The notes: generated by a model not told the origin, from the sequence alone. 64,000 nucleotides of DNA from an uncultured Pseudomonadota bacterium (GCA_903959175.1 CAJBVW010000449.1:12959-76958); one strand, 5' to 3'. Counted from the first letter of the stretch, positions 37,911 through 46,900 are shown. Numbers and translations: made by a program.

Positions 37911-39725
37911 GTGAAGGGCGCGGGCGGCGTCGCGGCCGCGAACCTCGTCGCCCGGGTCACCGGCATGGTGCGCGAGATGGTGGTGTCCGCCGTGTTCGGC
38001 GCGGGCGCCGTCACCGACGCGTTCAACGCCGCCCTGCGCGTCCCCCAGCTCCTCCGCGAGCTCCTCGCCGAGGGCTCCCTCCAGAACGCGTACGTGCCCG
38101 CCTTCGCGGAGGCGAGCGAGCAGGAGGGCGCGGAGGGGGCCTGGAAGCTCGCCAACGCCTTCCTCGGCGTGCTGCTCCTCGCGCTCGGCGTCGTCACCCT
38201 CGTGTTCTTCGCGGGGGCGCCCCTCTGGGTGCGCGTCGTCGCCAACGGTTTTGCGGACGACCCCGCCAAGTACGCCCTCACCGTCACCCTCACGCGCTGG
38301 CTCTCCCCCTTCCTCGCGGGCCTCTCCGTCGCCGGCTTCCTCGGCGCGATGCTCAACGTCCGCGGCCGCTTCTTCTGGCCCGCGCTCGCCGGCAACGTGC
38401 TCAACCTGCTGGTCATCGCCGCCGCCCTCGGCGCGGGCGCGCTCGAGCGCCTCACCGGGCTCCCGGGCATCGTCGCCGTCGCCATCGCGACCACGCTCTC
38501 CGGCTTTGTGCAGGTCGCCATCACCGTCCCGCCGCTCTGGCGCCTCGGCTGGCGCCCCCGCCCGCGCCTCGGCGGGCACCCCGGCCTCGGCAAGATGCTG
38601 CGCTACCTCGGCCCCGCGCTCATCGGCATCTCCACCGTGCAGTTCAACCTGCTCGTCGAGACCCAGTGGGCCTCCACCTACGGCGACGGCGCGCTCACCT
38701 GGCTCACCCTCGCCTTCCGCCTCGTCCAGCTCCCCCTCGCCGTCGTCTCCGGGAGCGTCGCCACCGCCGCCCTCGCCGGCCTCTCGCTCCACGCGGCGCG
38801 CGGCGAGCACGACGCCTTCGGCGCGGCCCTCGCCAAGGCCCTGCGCGTCAACGCCTTCTGGGTCATCCCGAGCGCCGTCGGCCTCGGCGTGCTCGCCCGG
38901 CCGCTCTGCGCGCTCTTCTTCGAGCGCGGCGCCTTCACCGCCGAGGACACCGCCGCCACCGCCGCGATGCTCCAGATGTACGCCGTCGCCGTGTACGGCA
39001 TCTGCTTCCACCGCGTCGCCGTGCCGGTCTACTACGCCCTCGGCGACCCGCGGACGCCCATGCGCCTCTCCCTCTACGCGATGGCGGCGAAGGTCCCCGT
39101 GATCCTCCTCCTCACGCGCGGCTTCGGGATGGGCGTCGAGGCCCTCCCCCTCTCCCACGCGCTCACCGTCACCGGCGAGGGCGCCTTCCTCTACCTCGGC
39201 TTCGCCGACAAGGTCCGCGGGCACGGGGTCGTGCGCGCGCACCTCAAGATGCTCGTCGCCGCCGCGGTCCTCGGCGGCGTCGCCCTCGCGCTCGCCGATC
39301 GCCTCCCCGTCGTCCTCACCTGCGCCATCGCCGGCGGCGCCTACCTCGTCGTCGCGCGCGTCCTCGGCGCGTGGGAAGGCTTCGGCCGGTCGAAGGGCCT
39401 CCCTCCCTTCGTCGACGCCGAGACCGGCGCCGCGCTGGACACCCTCTCCAAGCGCCCGCTCTTCCTCGTCGATGACCACATCGGCTGCGCGGACGGCGTG
39501 TGGCGCATGGTCGCCACCGACAACACGTTTGGCCTCGTCCGCGCCGCCCCCTTCGACGCCCCCCTCCCCGCCGCCCTCCCCGCCCCCCTCGCCATCGTCG
39601 TCCGCACCACCCGCCCGCCGTCCATGCGCGGCCTCCAGGTGGGCGACCGCACCTTCCACGTCGTCAACGGCACCGTGCTCGAGGGCCCCTGCGAGGGGCC
39701 CCGCATCCCGGTCTCCGCGGCGTGA
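37911..39725 (+). CDS. murJ: lipid II flippase MurJ with a 116-aa C-terminal soluble extension
   Basis: VARVTGMVREMVVSAVFGAGAVTDAFNAALRVPQLLRELLAEGSLQNAYVPAF is the canonical MurJ N-terminus. There are about 14 TM helices. GTG at 37911. The tail begins around 39375. Confidence 0.9.
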   Translation: MKGAGGVAAANLVARVTGMVREMVVSAVFGAGAVTDAFNAALRVPQLLRELLAEGSLQNAYVPAFAEASEQEGAEGAWKLANAFLGVLLLALGVVTLVFFAGAPLWVRVVANGFADDPAKYALTVTLTRWLSPFLAGLSVAGFLGAMLNVRGRFFWPALAGNVLNLLVIAAALGAGALERLTGLPGIVAVAIATTLSGFVQVAITVPPLWRLGWRPRPRLGGHPGLGKMLRYLGPALIGISTVQFNLLVETQWASTYGDGALTWLTLAFRLVQLPLAVVSGSVATAALAGLSLHAARGEHDAFGAALAKALRVNAFWVIPSAVGLGVLARPLCALFFERGAFTAEDTAATAAMLQMYAVAVYGICFHRVAVPVYYALGDPRTPMRLSLYAMAAKVPVILLLTRGFGMGVEALPLSHALTVTGEGAFLYLGFADKVRGHGVVRAHLKMLVAAAVLGGVALALADRLPVVLTCAIAGGAYLVVARVLGAWEGFGRSKGLPPFVDAETGAALDTLSKRPLFLVDDHIGCADGVWRMVATDNTFGLVRAAPFDAPLPAALPAPLAIVVRTTRPPSMRGLQVGDRTFHVVNGTVLEGPCEGPRIPVSAA

Positions 39726-40435
39726 CCCCCGGCTCCCTCCTCGGCCGCCTCGGCCGCCGCTGGCACCTCCGCCGCGCCCGCCGCCCCTACGTGCGCGCGT
39801 GGTCCGGCGGCCCGCTGATCGTCCTCCCCGGCGTGCTCGACCCCGTCGCCACCAAGGTCGGCGCGTGGCTCGCGGGCGTCGCCGCCGCGGAGTGCCGCCC
39901 CGGCGAGCGGTGGATCGACATGGGCTGCGGCACCGGCGTCGTCGGGCTGGCCCTCGCCGAGGCCGGCGCCGTCGTGACCGCCATCGACATCGATCCGGAG
40001 TGCGTCCGCGCCGCGCGCGCCAACGCCGCCCTCCTCGGCCGCACGCTGATCGTCCTCGAGAGCGACCTGTTCACCGCGCTCCCCGTCCCCGCCTCCCCCG
40101 CCGACCGCTTCGACCGCGTCGTCTACAACGTCCCCTTCTGGCCCGGCGAGCCCACCGACGCCACGGGCGCCCTCCGCCCCTTCGGCCGCGCGATGTACGC
40201 CGGCGCCGACTTCGCCGCGATCCGCGCCTTCGTCGCCGCCTTCCGGCCCTTCGCCCGCGAGGCGTGGGTCGTCCTCTCCGAGCACGGCGGCGACTTTCCC
40301 GCCGCCCGCGCCGCCCTCGGCACGGCCCGGCTCGTCACCCGCGCCCACGTCCGCGGCGAGTGGCTCTCCCTGTTCGCGCTCCGCGGGCCGCTCGGCTCCG
40401 AGGCCTCCGACGATCGGCAAGGCGGCGCCCGGTAA
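39722..40435 (+). CDS. class I SAM-dependent methyltransferase (HemK/PrmC-like, NVPF motif)
   Basis: GTG overlaps the murJ stop (GTGA). IDMGCGTGVVGLALA is motif I and VVYNVPFWP is an NPPY-like motif IV. Confidence 0.75.
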   Translation: MTPGSLLGRLGRRWHLRRARRPYVRAWSGGPLIVLPGVLDPVATKVGAWLAGVAAAECRPGERWIDMGCGTGVVGLALAEAGAVVTAIDIDPECVRAARANAALLGRTLIVLESDLFTALPVPASPADRFDRVVYNVPFWPGEPTDATGALRPFGRAMYAGADFAAIRAFVAAFRPFAREAWVVLSEHGGDFPAARAALGTARLVTRAHVRGEWLSLFALRGPLGSEASDDRQGGAR

Positions 40436-40513
40436 AGGGGGTCACCCCTGTTCGGGTAGCGGTCGCCCGTCCCCTTGGCTACCCTCTCGCTTCACGCACG
40501 CGGAGCAGGTCGG

Positions 40514-42112
40514 ATGAAGATCGCGCTGATCAGCCCCACGCCCATGGACCACTACAGTCCCTGCATCCGGACGCTCACCGGCTACCTGAAGATGCACGGC
40601 CACAGCGTCCGTCAGATCTTCCTGCCGGCCGACACCTACGGCAACCGCTTCAAGACCTCGTGGAAGTCCGACACGTGGTCCCACATCATGCAGATGCCGC
40701 AGCCCATGGTGGAGGACCTCGTCGAGCTCACGCGGGACGCCGATCTCGTCGGCGTCAGCTTCCTGACCGCCATGTTCGACGTGGCCGTGCAGGCCACCCG
40801 CGCCATCCAGGCCCGCTACCCCAAGAAGATCATCTTGTGGGGCGGCTTCCACCCCACCACCATGCCGCAGCAGGGCCTCGACTTCGTCGACTACGTGCAC
40901 GTGGGCGAGGGCGAGCACAGCTTCCTCGAGCTGGTGGAGCGCCTGGAGGACGGCAAGGACACGTACGACGTGCGGAACTTCTGGATCCGCAAACACAACG
41001 GCAAGGTCGTGGGCAACCCCCACCGCCCCCTCATCCAGGACCTCGACTCGCTCCCCTACCAGGACTTCAGCTTCGAGGACGACTGGACGTACGACGCCAA
41101 GTCCAAGAACCTCGTCCGGCTGGATTGGGACTACTACAAGCAGATCATCCCGACCTACCCCGACCGCAACGGGGAGCTCCGGCCCGCCTACAAGACGATG
41201 ATCACCCGCGGCTGCCCCCACAAGTGCAGCTACTGCGGTGTCGCGTTCAACCACGATCTCTACAAGGGCCAGTCGTATCTGCGGCGCCGCTCGGTCGAGC
41301 ACATGATCGGCGAGATCAAGCTCGTCACCAAGCGCCACCCGGACATCGGCATCGTCCACTTCCAGGACGACGTGTTCTTCTCCACCTCCACCGAGGAGAT
41401 CCAGAAGTTCTCCGACGTGTGGCAGAAGGAGATCGGCCTCCCCTTCCGCGCCCAATGCTCCCCGACGACGATCAACGAGGAGAAGTACAAGGCCCTCATC
41501 GACGCGGGCCTCTGCTTCACCGAGCTCGGCATCCAGACCGGATCCACCGAGACCATGAAGATGTACAAGCGCGGCATGACCAACGAGCAGCTGCTCAAGG
41601 CCGTCAACATCATCAGCAAGTACCGGGATCAAATCCAGGTGCCCGACTACCACATGATCCTCGACAACCCCTGGGAGTCGACCGAGGACGTGATGAAGGG
41701 CCTGCGCCTGCTCTGGACGCTCCCGCCGCCCTACAACCTGCTTCCCTCCTCGCTCATCCCCTACCCGGGCACCGAGTTCTACCACAAGAGCATCGAGGAC
41801 GGCTTCGTCACCGACGAGTACAACCAGATCTACCGCCGCGGGTTCCACACCCCCAACGGCAGCTACCTGAACTTCCTCTTCTTCATGACGCTCTTCAACA
41901 ACCTCCCGAAGGAGTTCGTCCAGTTCCTGGCGAACGATCGCTTCGTGCGGGTGTTCAACCAGCGCAAGTACGATTGGTTCTGGGGCAAGGCGTACCAGTA
42001 CGGCGAGTACGTCCGCCAGGCGCAGAAGCTCTCGACCTTCGCGGTCAAGGGCAAGCTCTTCGAGATCAAGAGCGTGCGGGAGCTCAAGCGCGTGGCGAAC
42101 CAGATCAAGTAG
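40514..42112 (+). CDS. B12-binding-domain radical SAM protein
   Basis: MKIALISP... Rossmann-like B12 domain (DLVGVSFLT, ILWGGFHPT), then TRGCPHKCSYC (CxxxCxxC). GGAGCAGG lies upstream of the ATG at 40514. Confidence 0.9.
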   Translation: MKIALISPTPMDHYSPCIRTLTGYLKMHGHSVRQIFLPADTYGNRFKTSWKSDTWSHIMQMPQPMVEDLVELTRDADLVGVSFLTAMFDVAVQATRAIQARYPKKIILWGGFHPTTMPQQGLDFVDYVHVGEGEHSFLELVERLEDGKDTYDVRNFWIRKHNGKVVGNPHRPLIQDLDSLPYQDFSFEDDWTYDAKSKNLVRLDWDYYKQIIPTYPDRNGELRPAYKTMITRGCPHKCSYCGVAFNHDLYKGQSYLRRRSVEHMIGEIKLVTKRHPDIGIVHFQDDVFFSTSTEEIQKFSDVWQKEIGLPFRAQCSPTTINEEKYKALIDAGLCFTELGIQTGSTETMKMYKRGMTNEQLLKAVNIISKYRDQIQVPDYHMILDNPWESTEDVMKGLRLLWTLPPPYNLLPSSLIPYPGTEFYHKSIEDGFVTDEYNQIYRRGFHTPNGSYLNFLFFMTLFNNLPKEFVQFLANDRFVRVFNQRKYDWFWGKAYQYGEYVRQAQKLSTFAVKGKLFEIKSVRELKRVANQIK

Positions 42113-42195
42113 GGGTTCGGCGTCCTCTTCTTGGGGCGGGGCTCCGCCCCGCAACGCCCGGAGACACGCGGGGTCGATCGTTCCGCAGGAGCCTC

Positions 42196-42813
42196 ATGTC
42201 CGGCACCCCGAAACCCTACGTGACCTACGCCGACTACCTCGCCCTCGAGGAGGAGAGCGACCTCCGTTGGGCTTGGCTGGACGGCGAGGTCTGGGCGACG
42301 ACCGGGGGAACGCCAGTGCATTCGGAGCTCGCGACGAACGTCATCGGGACGCTCGGGGCCGCGCTCCGTGGGCGCCCGTGCCGCCCCTACGACGGCAACC
42401 TCCGCGTCCGCGTACCCGCGTCGGGGATGGCCTTCCACCCCGACGTCTCGGTGGTGTGCGGCCCGCGCCAGCTCGACCCCGAGGACCCGAACGCGGTCAC
42501 CAACCCCACGGTGATCATCGAGGTGTTGTCGAAGTCCACGGAGCGCTACGACCGCACCGACAAGCTCGTCCACTACCGCCGCATCCCCTCGCTCCGGGAC
42601 TACCTGCTCGTCTCCCAGACCGAGGCGCGCGTGGAGCACTACCGTCGCAACGACGACGGCACCTGGACCCTCCGGGACGTGCGCGCCGGCGAGTCCGTAG
42701 CGCTCGCCTCCTTGGACGTGACGCTCGCGATCGATGACGTGTACGCGGGTGTCACGCTGCCTCCGCCGCTGACGCGGGAGGCCTACTCCCCGACTCCCCA
42801 AGATTCGGAGTAG
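42196..42813 (+). CDS. Uma2-family (DUF820) PD-(D/E)xK-like endonuclease
   Basis: YLALEEESDLRWAWLDGEV..., PDVSVV, PTVIIEVLSKST (the E-x-K region), and KLVHYRRIPSLRDYLLVSQ are typical of Uma2. Confidence 0.8.
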   Translation: MSGTPKPYVTYADYLALEEESDLRWAWLDGEVWATTGGTPVHSELATNVIGTLGAALRGRPCRPYDGNLRVRVPASGMAFHPDVSVVCGPRQLDPEDPNAVTNPTVIIEVLSKSTERYDRTDKLVHYRRIPSLRDYLLVSQTEARVEHYRRNDDGTWTLRDVRAGESVALASLDVTLAIDDVYAGVTLPPPLTREAYSPTPQDSE

Positions 42814-42837
42814 ACTTCCTCAGCTCCGGAGCCCCGC

Positions 42838-43710
42838 ATGCGCCTCTCGACCCTCCTCCCCCTCGTCTCGCTCCTCGCCCTCGGCTGCACGGTGGATGAC
42901 ACCGCCACGCCCAAGCAAGCGCGCGAAGAGGCCGACGCGGACGCCGACGCGGACACCGACGCCGACACCGACGTCGACGCCAACGCCGATGACGACGGCG
43001 ACGGCCTCACCAACGCCGAGGAGGCCGACCTCGGCACCGATCCCGCCGCCGCCGACAGCGACGCCGACGGGTACGACGACGGCGCCGAGCTCGAGGCCGG
43101 CACCAACCCCGGGTGGGAGTGGTCGCACGTCTACGACGAGGGCAACTACCTCATCGGCGCCTGCCCCGACCAGCCGGACCAGGCGGCCGCGGGCCCCTCC
43201 GGCACCGGCTCCTACGACACCTACTCCTGGGACGCCTACCGGGAGGGGGACATCCTCGCGAACTTCTCCGCCAAGGACAAGTTCGGCCAGGAGGTCACCC
43301 CCTACGCCTTCTGTGGCAACTACACGCTCATCACGATGGGCGCCGAGTGGTGTGGCCCGTGCCAGTCCCTCGCCAGCAACATGGCGAACGAGACGGACGA
43401 GATCCGCGAGACCTACCCCAACTTCACGTTCTACGAGTTCCTCTACCAGGACAACTACGGCGCCGAGCCCGATGCCGACGTGCTCAAGGACTGGGTCCGC
43501 ACCTTCGACCTCCAGGGCATCCCCGTCGTCGCCCCGCGCAACAACACCGCCGAGTGGGTCAACTACCTCAACGCCACGGGCAGCATCCCGGCGACCGTGT
43601 TGCTCGCGCCGGACATGACCGTCATCTGGTCGGCGATCGACAACCGGTCCGAGTACTACCTGTCCGACGCCGCCTCGATCTTGGCGGCGATCGCGGACTA
43701 CGAGGGCTGA
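42838..43710 (+). CDS. lipoprotein with an Asp-rich (TSP3-like Ca-binding) linker and a thioredoxin-fold domain
   Basis: Lipobox LLALGC, DADADADTDADTDVDANADDDGDGLTNAEE, and the active-site motif WCGPC. Confidence 0.8.
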   Translation: MRLSTLLPLVSLLALGCTVDDTATPKQAREEADADADADTDADTDVDANADDDGDGLTNAEEADLGTDPAAADSDADGYDDGAELEAGTNPGWEWSHVYDEGNYLIGACPDQPDQAAAGPSGTGSYDTYSWDAYREGDILANFSAKDKFGQEVTPYAFCGNYTLITMGAEWCGPCQSLASNMANETDEIRETYPNFTFYEFLYQDNYGAEPDADVLKDWVRTFDLQGIPVVAPRNNTAEWVNYLNATGSIPATVLLAPDMTVIWSAIDNRSEYYLSDAASILAAIADYEG

Positions 43711-43751
43711 GCGAGCGAGCGGATGCCCCCCCTCCTCCTCCCCGCCCCCCA

Positions 43752-43769
43752 GAACGATCACGAACGATC
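43752..43769. promoter_or_regulatory. direct repeat GAACGATC-ac-GAACGATC upstream of tetR (operator candidate)
   Basis: Two 8-mers spaced 10 bp centre to centre, in a locally AT-richer spacer 41 bp upstream of the tetR ATG. Confidence 0.35.
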
Positions 43770-43809
43770 GAGAGCACGTTAGGACTGAGGGAATGATCCC
43801 CGGAGACGA

Positions 43810-44433
43810 ATGACGCGCCACCTCTCCGAAGTAGAGCGCCGCGCCCAGATCCTGCGCGCCGCCCGCGCCATCTTCATCGAGCGCGGCTACCTGGCCGCCC
43901 GCGTGGAGGACGTCGCCCGCCGCGCCAACCTCTCCAAGGGCGCGGTCTACTTCTACTTCGAGAGCAAGCGCGCCATCTTCGACGCCCTCGTCGACGAGGA
44001 GCACGCGGTCACCATCAGCTTCCTCGACGAGGCCGCGCGCGACCCCCGCCCCGCCGCGCTGAAGCTCATGGAGCTCGGCCGGAAGTACCTCGACTACTTC
44101 GCCGGTCTCAAGACGCCGCCCCGGTTCTTCCTGCTGATGAGCGAGATGGCGATCCGGGACGAGGATATCCGGAAGCGCGTGAACGCCATCCACCAGCGCT
44201 TCGTCGACCGCATCGCCGCCGTGGTCGAGCAGGGCATGGAGGACGGCGTGTTCGAACGCTACGATCCGATGGCCGTCGGCCTCGTGCTCAAGGCCCTGAT
44301 TGACGGGCTCGCCGGCCAGAGCGCGGTCGGCGTGCGCCCCGACGTGGAGCGCCTCTCCACCGACGGCGTCCGGCTCATCCTTCAAGGGCTCCTTCCCAAA
44401 GAGCTTCCGGTGCAGACACATGCCGTCCTCTGA
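43810..44433 (+). CDS. TetR/AcrR-family transcriptional regulator
   Basis: ILRAARAIFIERGYLAARVEDVARRANLSKGAVYFYFESK is the TetR HTH signature. Confidence 0.9.
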   Translation: MTRHLSEVERRAQILRAARAIFIERGYLAARVEDVARRANLSKGAVYFYFESKRAIFDALVDEEHAVTISFLDEAARDPRPAALKLMELGRKYLDYFAGLKTPPRFFLLMSEMAIRDEDIRKRVNAIHQRFVDRIAAVVEQGMEDGVFERYDPMAVGLVLKALIDGLAGQSAVGVRPDVERLSTDGVRLILQGLLPKELPVQTHAVL

Positions 44434-44836
44434 GAAGCTCGTCGCGCGCGTCACGTTCCACACCCGCCTCCGCTGGCTGGGGGTCGCGTTCTTCTTCCTC
44501 GCCGCGGTCCTGCTCGCGGGCGGCGTCGGCGCGATCGCCACCGGGCAGGTCGGGCTCAAGATCCTGCCGTGGTGCCTCCTCGCGCTCGGCACCTCCCTCG
44601 GCAGCTTCGGCACCAACGACGACACCGCGCTGGCCCTCCTCGCCGAGCTCGGCCGTCGCGGCCAGCTCCCCGACGCCCACCGGGCGGAGTTCGCGGCCGA
44701 GCACAAGGTGCGCGGGCCCCGGATCTCCACCCTGCACGACCACCCGAAGGCCGCGCTGATCCTGCCCACCGTCGCCGTCCTCGCGATCTGCGGCGCCGCC
44801 TTCCGCGTCGGCTCCGCGTGGGGGCTCCTCTCTTGA
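44420..44836 (+). CDS. small membrane protein (3 predicted TM helices)
   Basis: The ATG at 44420 overlaps the tetR end by 14 nt. Hydrophobic segments include WLGVAFFFLAAVLLAGGVGAIA and ALILPTVAVLAICGAAF. Confidence 0.6.
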   Translation: MPSSEKLVARVTFHTRLRWLGVAFFFLAAVLLAGGVGAIATGQVGLKILPWCLLALGTSLGSFGTNDDTALALLAELGRRGQLPDAHRAEFAAEHKVRGPRISTLHDHPKAALILPTVAVLAICGAAFRVGSAWGLLS

Positions 44837-46020
44837 GCCGTGTCGCGTTCGTCGGCTTGGATCGTCAGATCTACGTAACGGACACCACGCTCGCCGAGCC
44901 CGTCCCCCTCACCGCGCCTGTCCCTCGCGCGGGCGGCGCCTGGGGTGTCAGCCCCCGCTCGCAGGAGACCTGGTCCTGGCCCACCTGGTCCCCGGACGAC
45001 GCGTGGATCGCCGGCTTCGCGGTCGAGGGCAGCGACACCGAGACCGGTCCCGCGCGCGTGGTGGCCCTCTCGCTCGACGGCGTGCGGCAGGTCGAGTGGG
45101 CGCACATCCCCAACGTCTCGCCGATCTACCTCCAGTGGCACCCCACCGGAGACGCCCTCTCCATCCTCCTCCAGCAGGGTACCGACCTCACGCTGTCGCT
45201 CGTCCGCAAGGAGCGCATCGGGCAAGTGCGCCCCCTCGAGCAGGGCGTGCCGCTGTTCTTCAACTGGAGCCCCGACGGCGCGCGCGTGCTCATCCACGTC
45301 GGCGGCAAGGACGACCCCAACGGGCGCCTCGTCCTGCGCGACCCGTTGGGGGACGACGAGGACATCCTCTACGACCGCTCCCCCGGCAGCTTCTGCGCGC
45401 CGGTCTTCCCCGCCGGGCGCGCCGTCATGGCCCTCCGCGCGGACGACGGCAGCTCCGAGGTCGTCGTGAGCGACATGGACGGCGGCAACCCCACCACCCT
45501 GCTCGCCCGCCGCGGCCTCCTCGCGGTGGTCCCCGCGCCCAACGGCGCCCCCTGGGTGGCGGTCTCGGCAGCGCCCCGCGGCGAAGGCAGCCCCTACCAG
45601 GGCATCGAGCTGGTCCATATCGAGACCGGCGAGACCCGCACCCTCAGCGTATCGGACTGCCTCGCCTTCTTCTGGTCTCCCAAGGGCGACTATCTGCTGT
45701 ACGCGGTGGTGGACTCCGAGGCCAACTGCCTCCTCTGGAACATGGTGTACGTCGAGGGCGGCCCCTCCATCCCGCTCGGCAGCTTCTGGCCCACCCGGGA
45801 CATCCTGTTCTACCTGCACTTCTTCGACCAGTACGCCCAGAGCCACCCCATCATCTCGCACGACGGCCGCCACGTCGTGTTCGCGGGCTACCCCGCCGGC
45901 GGCGGCCAGGCCGACCTCTCGAGCCCGCCGCGCATCTTCCTCAAGGACGTGACCGACCCGGATCGGCCCCCCGAGCTCCTCGGGCGCGGCTCCTTCGCCG
46001 TCTTCGCGAACAAGGCATGA
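44833..46020 (+). CDS. TolB/PD40-like beta-propeller protein
   Basis: The TTG overlaps the upstream stop (TTGA). Recurrent WSPDG-type blade motifs: PTWSPDDAWIA, FNWSPDGARV, FFWSPKGDYLLY, ISHDGRHVVF. Confidence 0.7.
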   Translation: MSRVAFVGLDRQIYVTDTTLAEPVPLTAPVPRAGGAWGVSPRSQETWSWPTWSPDDAWIAGFAVEGSDTETGPARVVALSLDGVRQVEWAHIPNVSPIYLQWHPTGDALSILLQQGTDLTLSLVRKERIGQVRPLEQGVPLFFNWSPDGARVLIHVGGKDDPNGRLVLRDPLGDDEDILYDRSPGSFCAPVFPAGRAVMALRADDGSSEVVVSDMDGGNPTTLLARRGLLAVVPAPNGAPWVAVSAAPRGEGSPYQGIELVHIETGETRTLSVSDCLAFFWSPKGDYLLYAVVDSEANCLLWNMVYVEGGPSIPLGSFWPTRDILFYLHFFDQYAQSHPIISHDGRHVVFAGYPAGGGQADLSSPPRIFLKDVTDPDRPPELLGRGSFAVFANKA

Positions 46021-46814
46021 GGCACAGCCCCCTCACCGAGTTCGCCCTCCTCGCGCGCGCCCCCGACGAAGCGCTCGACCTCGAGCGGCTCACCCTCTGC
46101 GTCGCCCGCATCGGCACCCCCGACCTCGACGCCGCCGCCGTCTCCGCCCGGCTCGACGCCCTCGCGGACCAGCTCGCGGACGACGTCCACCCCTCCGCCC
46201 CGCCCGACGTCCTCGCCGCCGCCCTCGCCCGCGGCATCGGCGGCCGCCTCGGCTTCGCCGGCCACCCCGAGGTCTTCTCCGGCGCCCCGGGCAGCTACCT
46301 CGACCACGTCGTCGAGCACCGCACCGGCCTCCCGATCCTCCTCGCCATCGTGTGGATCCTCCTCGGCCGCCGCCTCGGCGTGCCCGTCGTCGGGATCGGC
46401 TACCCGGGCCACTTCCTCGCCTGCCTCGACCTCCCCGGCGCCCGCATCTACGTCGACCCCTTCGCCGCCGGCGAACCCCGCGAGGCCGCCGAGCTCCTCG
46501 CCCGCCTCCCCGGCGCCGCCCCCCGCGGCGTCCTCGACCCCACGCCCACCCGCGCCATCGTCACCCGCGTGCTCGTCAACCTCAAGCACCTCTGGGTCGG
46601 CGCCGGTGACCACGCGCTCGCCCTCGGCGCGGTCGACCGCATCCTCCTCCTCGCCGGAGAGATCCCCGCCGAGCTGCGCGACCGGGGCCTGCTCGCCCTC
46701 CGCGTCGGCCGCACCACCGAGGCCCGCCGCGACCTCGAGCGCTACCTCACCGTCGCCGGCGCCTCGCCCGACCGCGTCGAGGTCCTGAAGGTCCTCGCAC
46801 GGATCCCCCGCTAG
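46017..46814 (+). CDS. SirB1/YchA-like protein (transglutaminase-like N-domain plus TPR-like C-domain)
   Basis: ATGA overlap with the upstream gene. RTGLPILLAIVWILLGRRLGVPVVGIGYPGHFL and IYVDPF are motifs typical of the UPF0162/SirB1 family. Confidence 0.7.
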   Translation: MRHSPLTEFALLARAPDEALDLERLTLCVARIGTPDLDAAAVSARLDALADQLADDVHPSAPPDVLAAALARGIGGRLGFAGHPEVFSGAPGSYLDHVVEHRTGLPILLAIVWILLGRRLGVPVVGIGYPGHFLACLDLPGARIYVDPFAAGEPREAAELLARLPGAAPRGVLDPTPTRAIVTRVLVNLKHLWVGAGDHALALGAVDRILLLAGEIPAELRDRGLLALRVGRTTEARRDLERYLTVAGASPDRVEVLKVLARIPR

Positions 46815-46826
46815 CGCTCCCGGCCC

Positions 46827-46880
46827 GCGCCGCCCCGTACGCGCCGCCCCGTACGCGCCGCACACCGACACACCGACACA
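46827..46880. repeat. short tandem repeats (14 bp x2.5, then 8 bp x2.5)
   Basis: gcgccgccccgtac at 46827..46840 and 46841..46854, plus a partial third copy. cacaccga at 46861..46868 and 46869..46876, plus cacatcg. Confidence 0.85.
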
Positions 46881-46900
46881 TCGCCCGCGGCACGCGCCCC

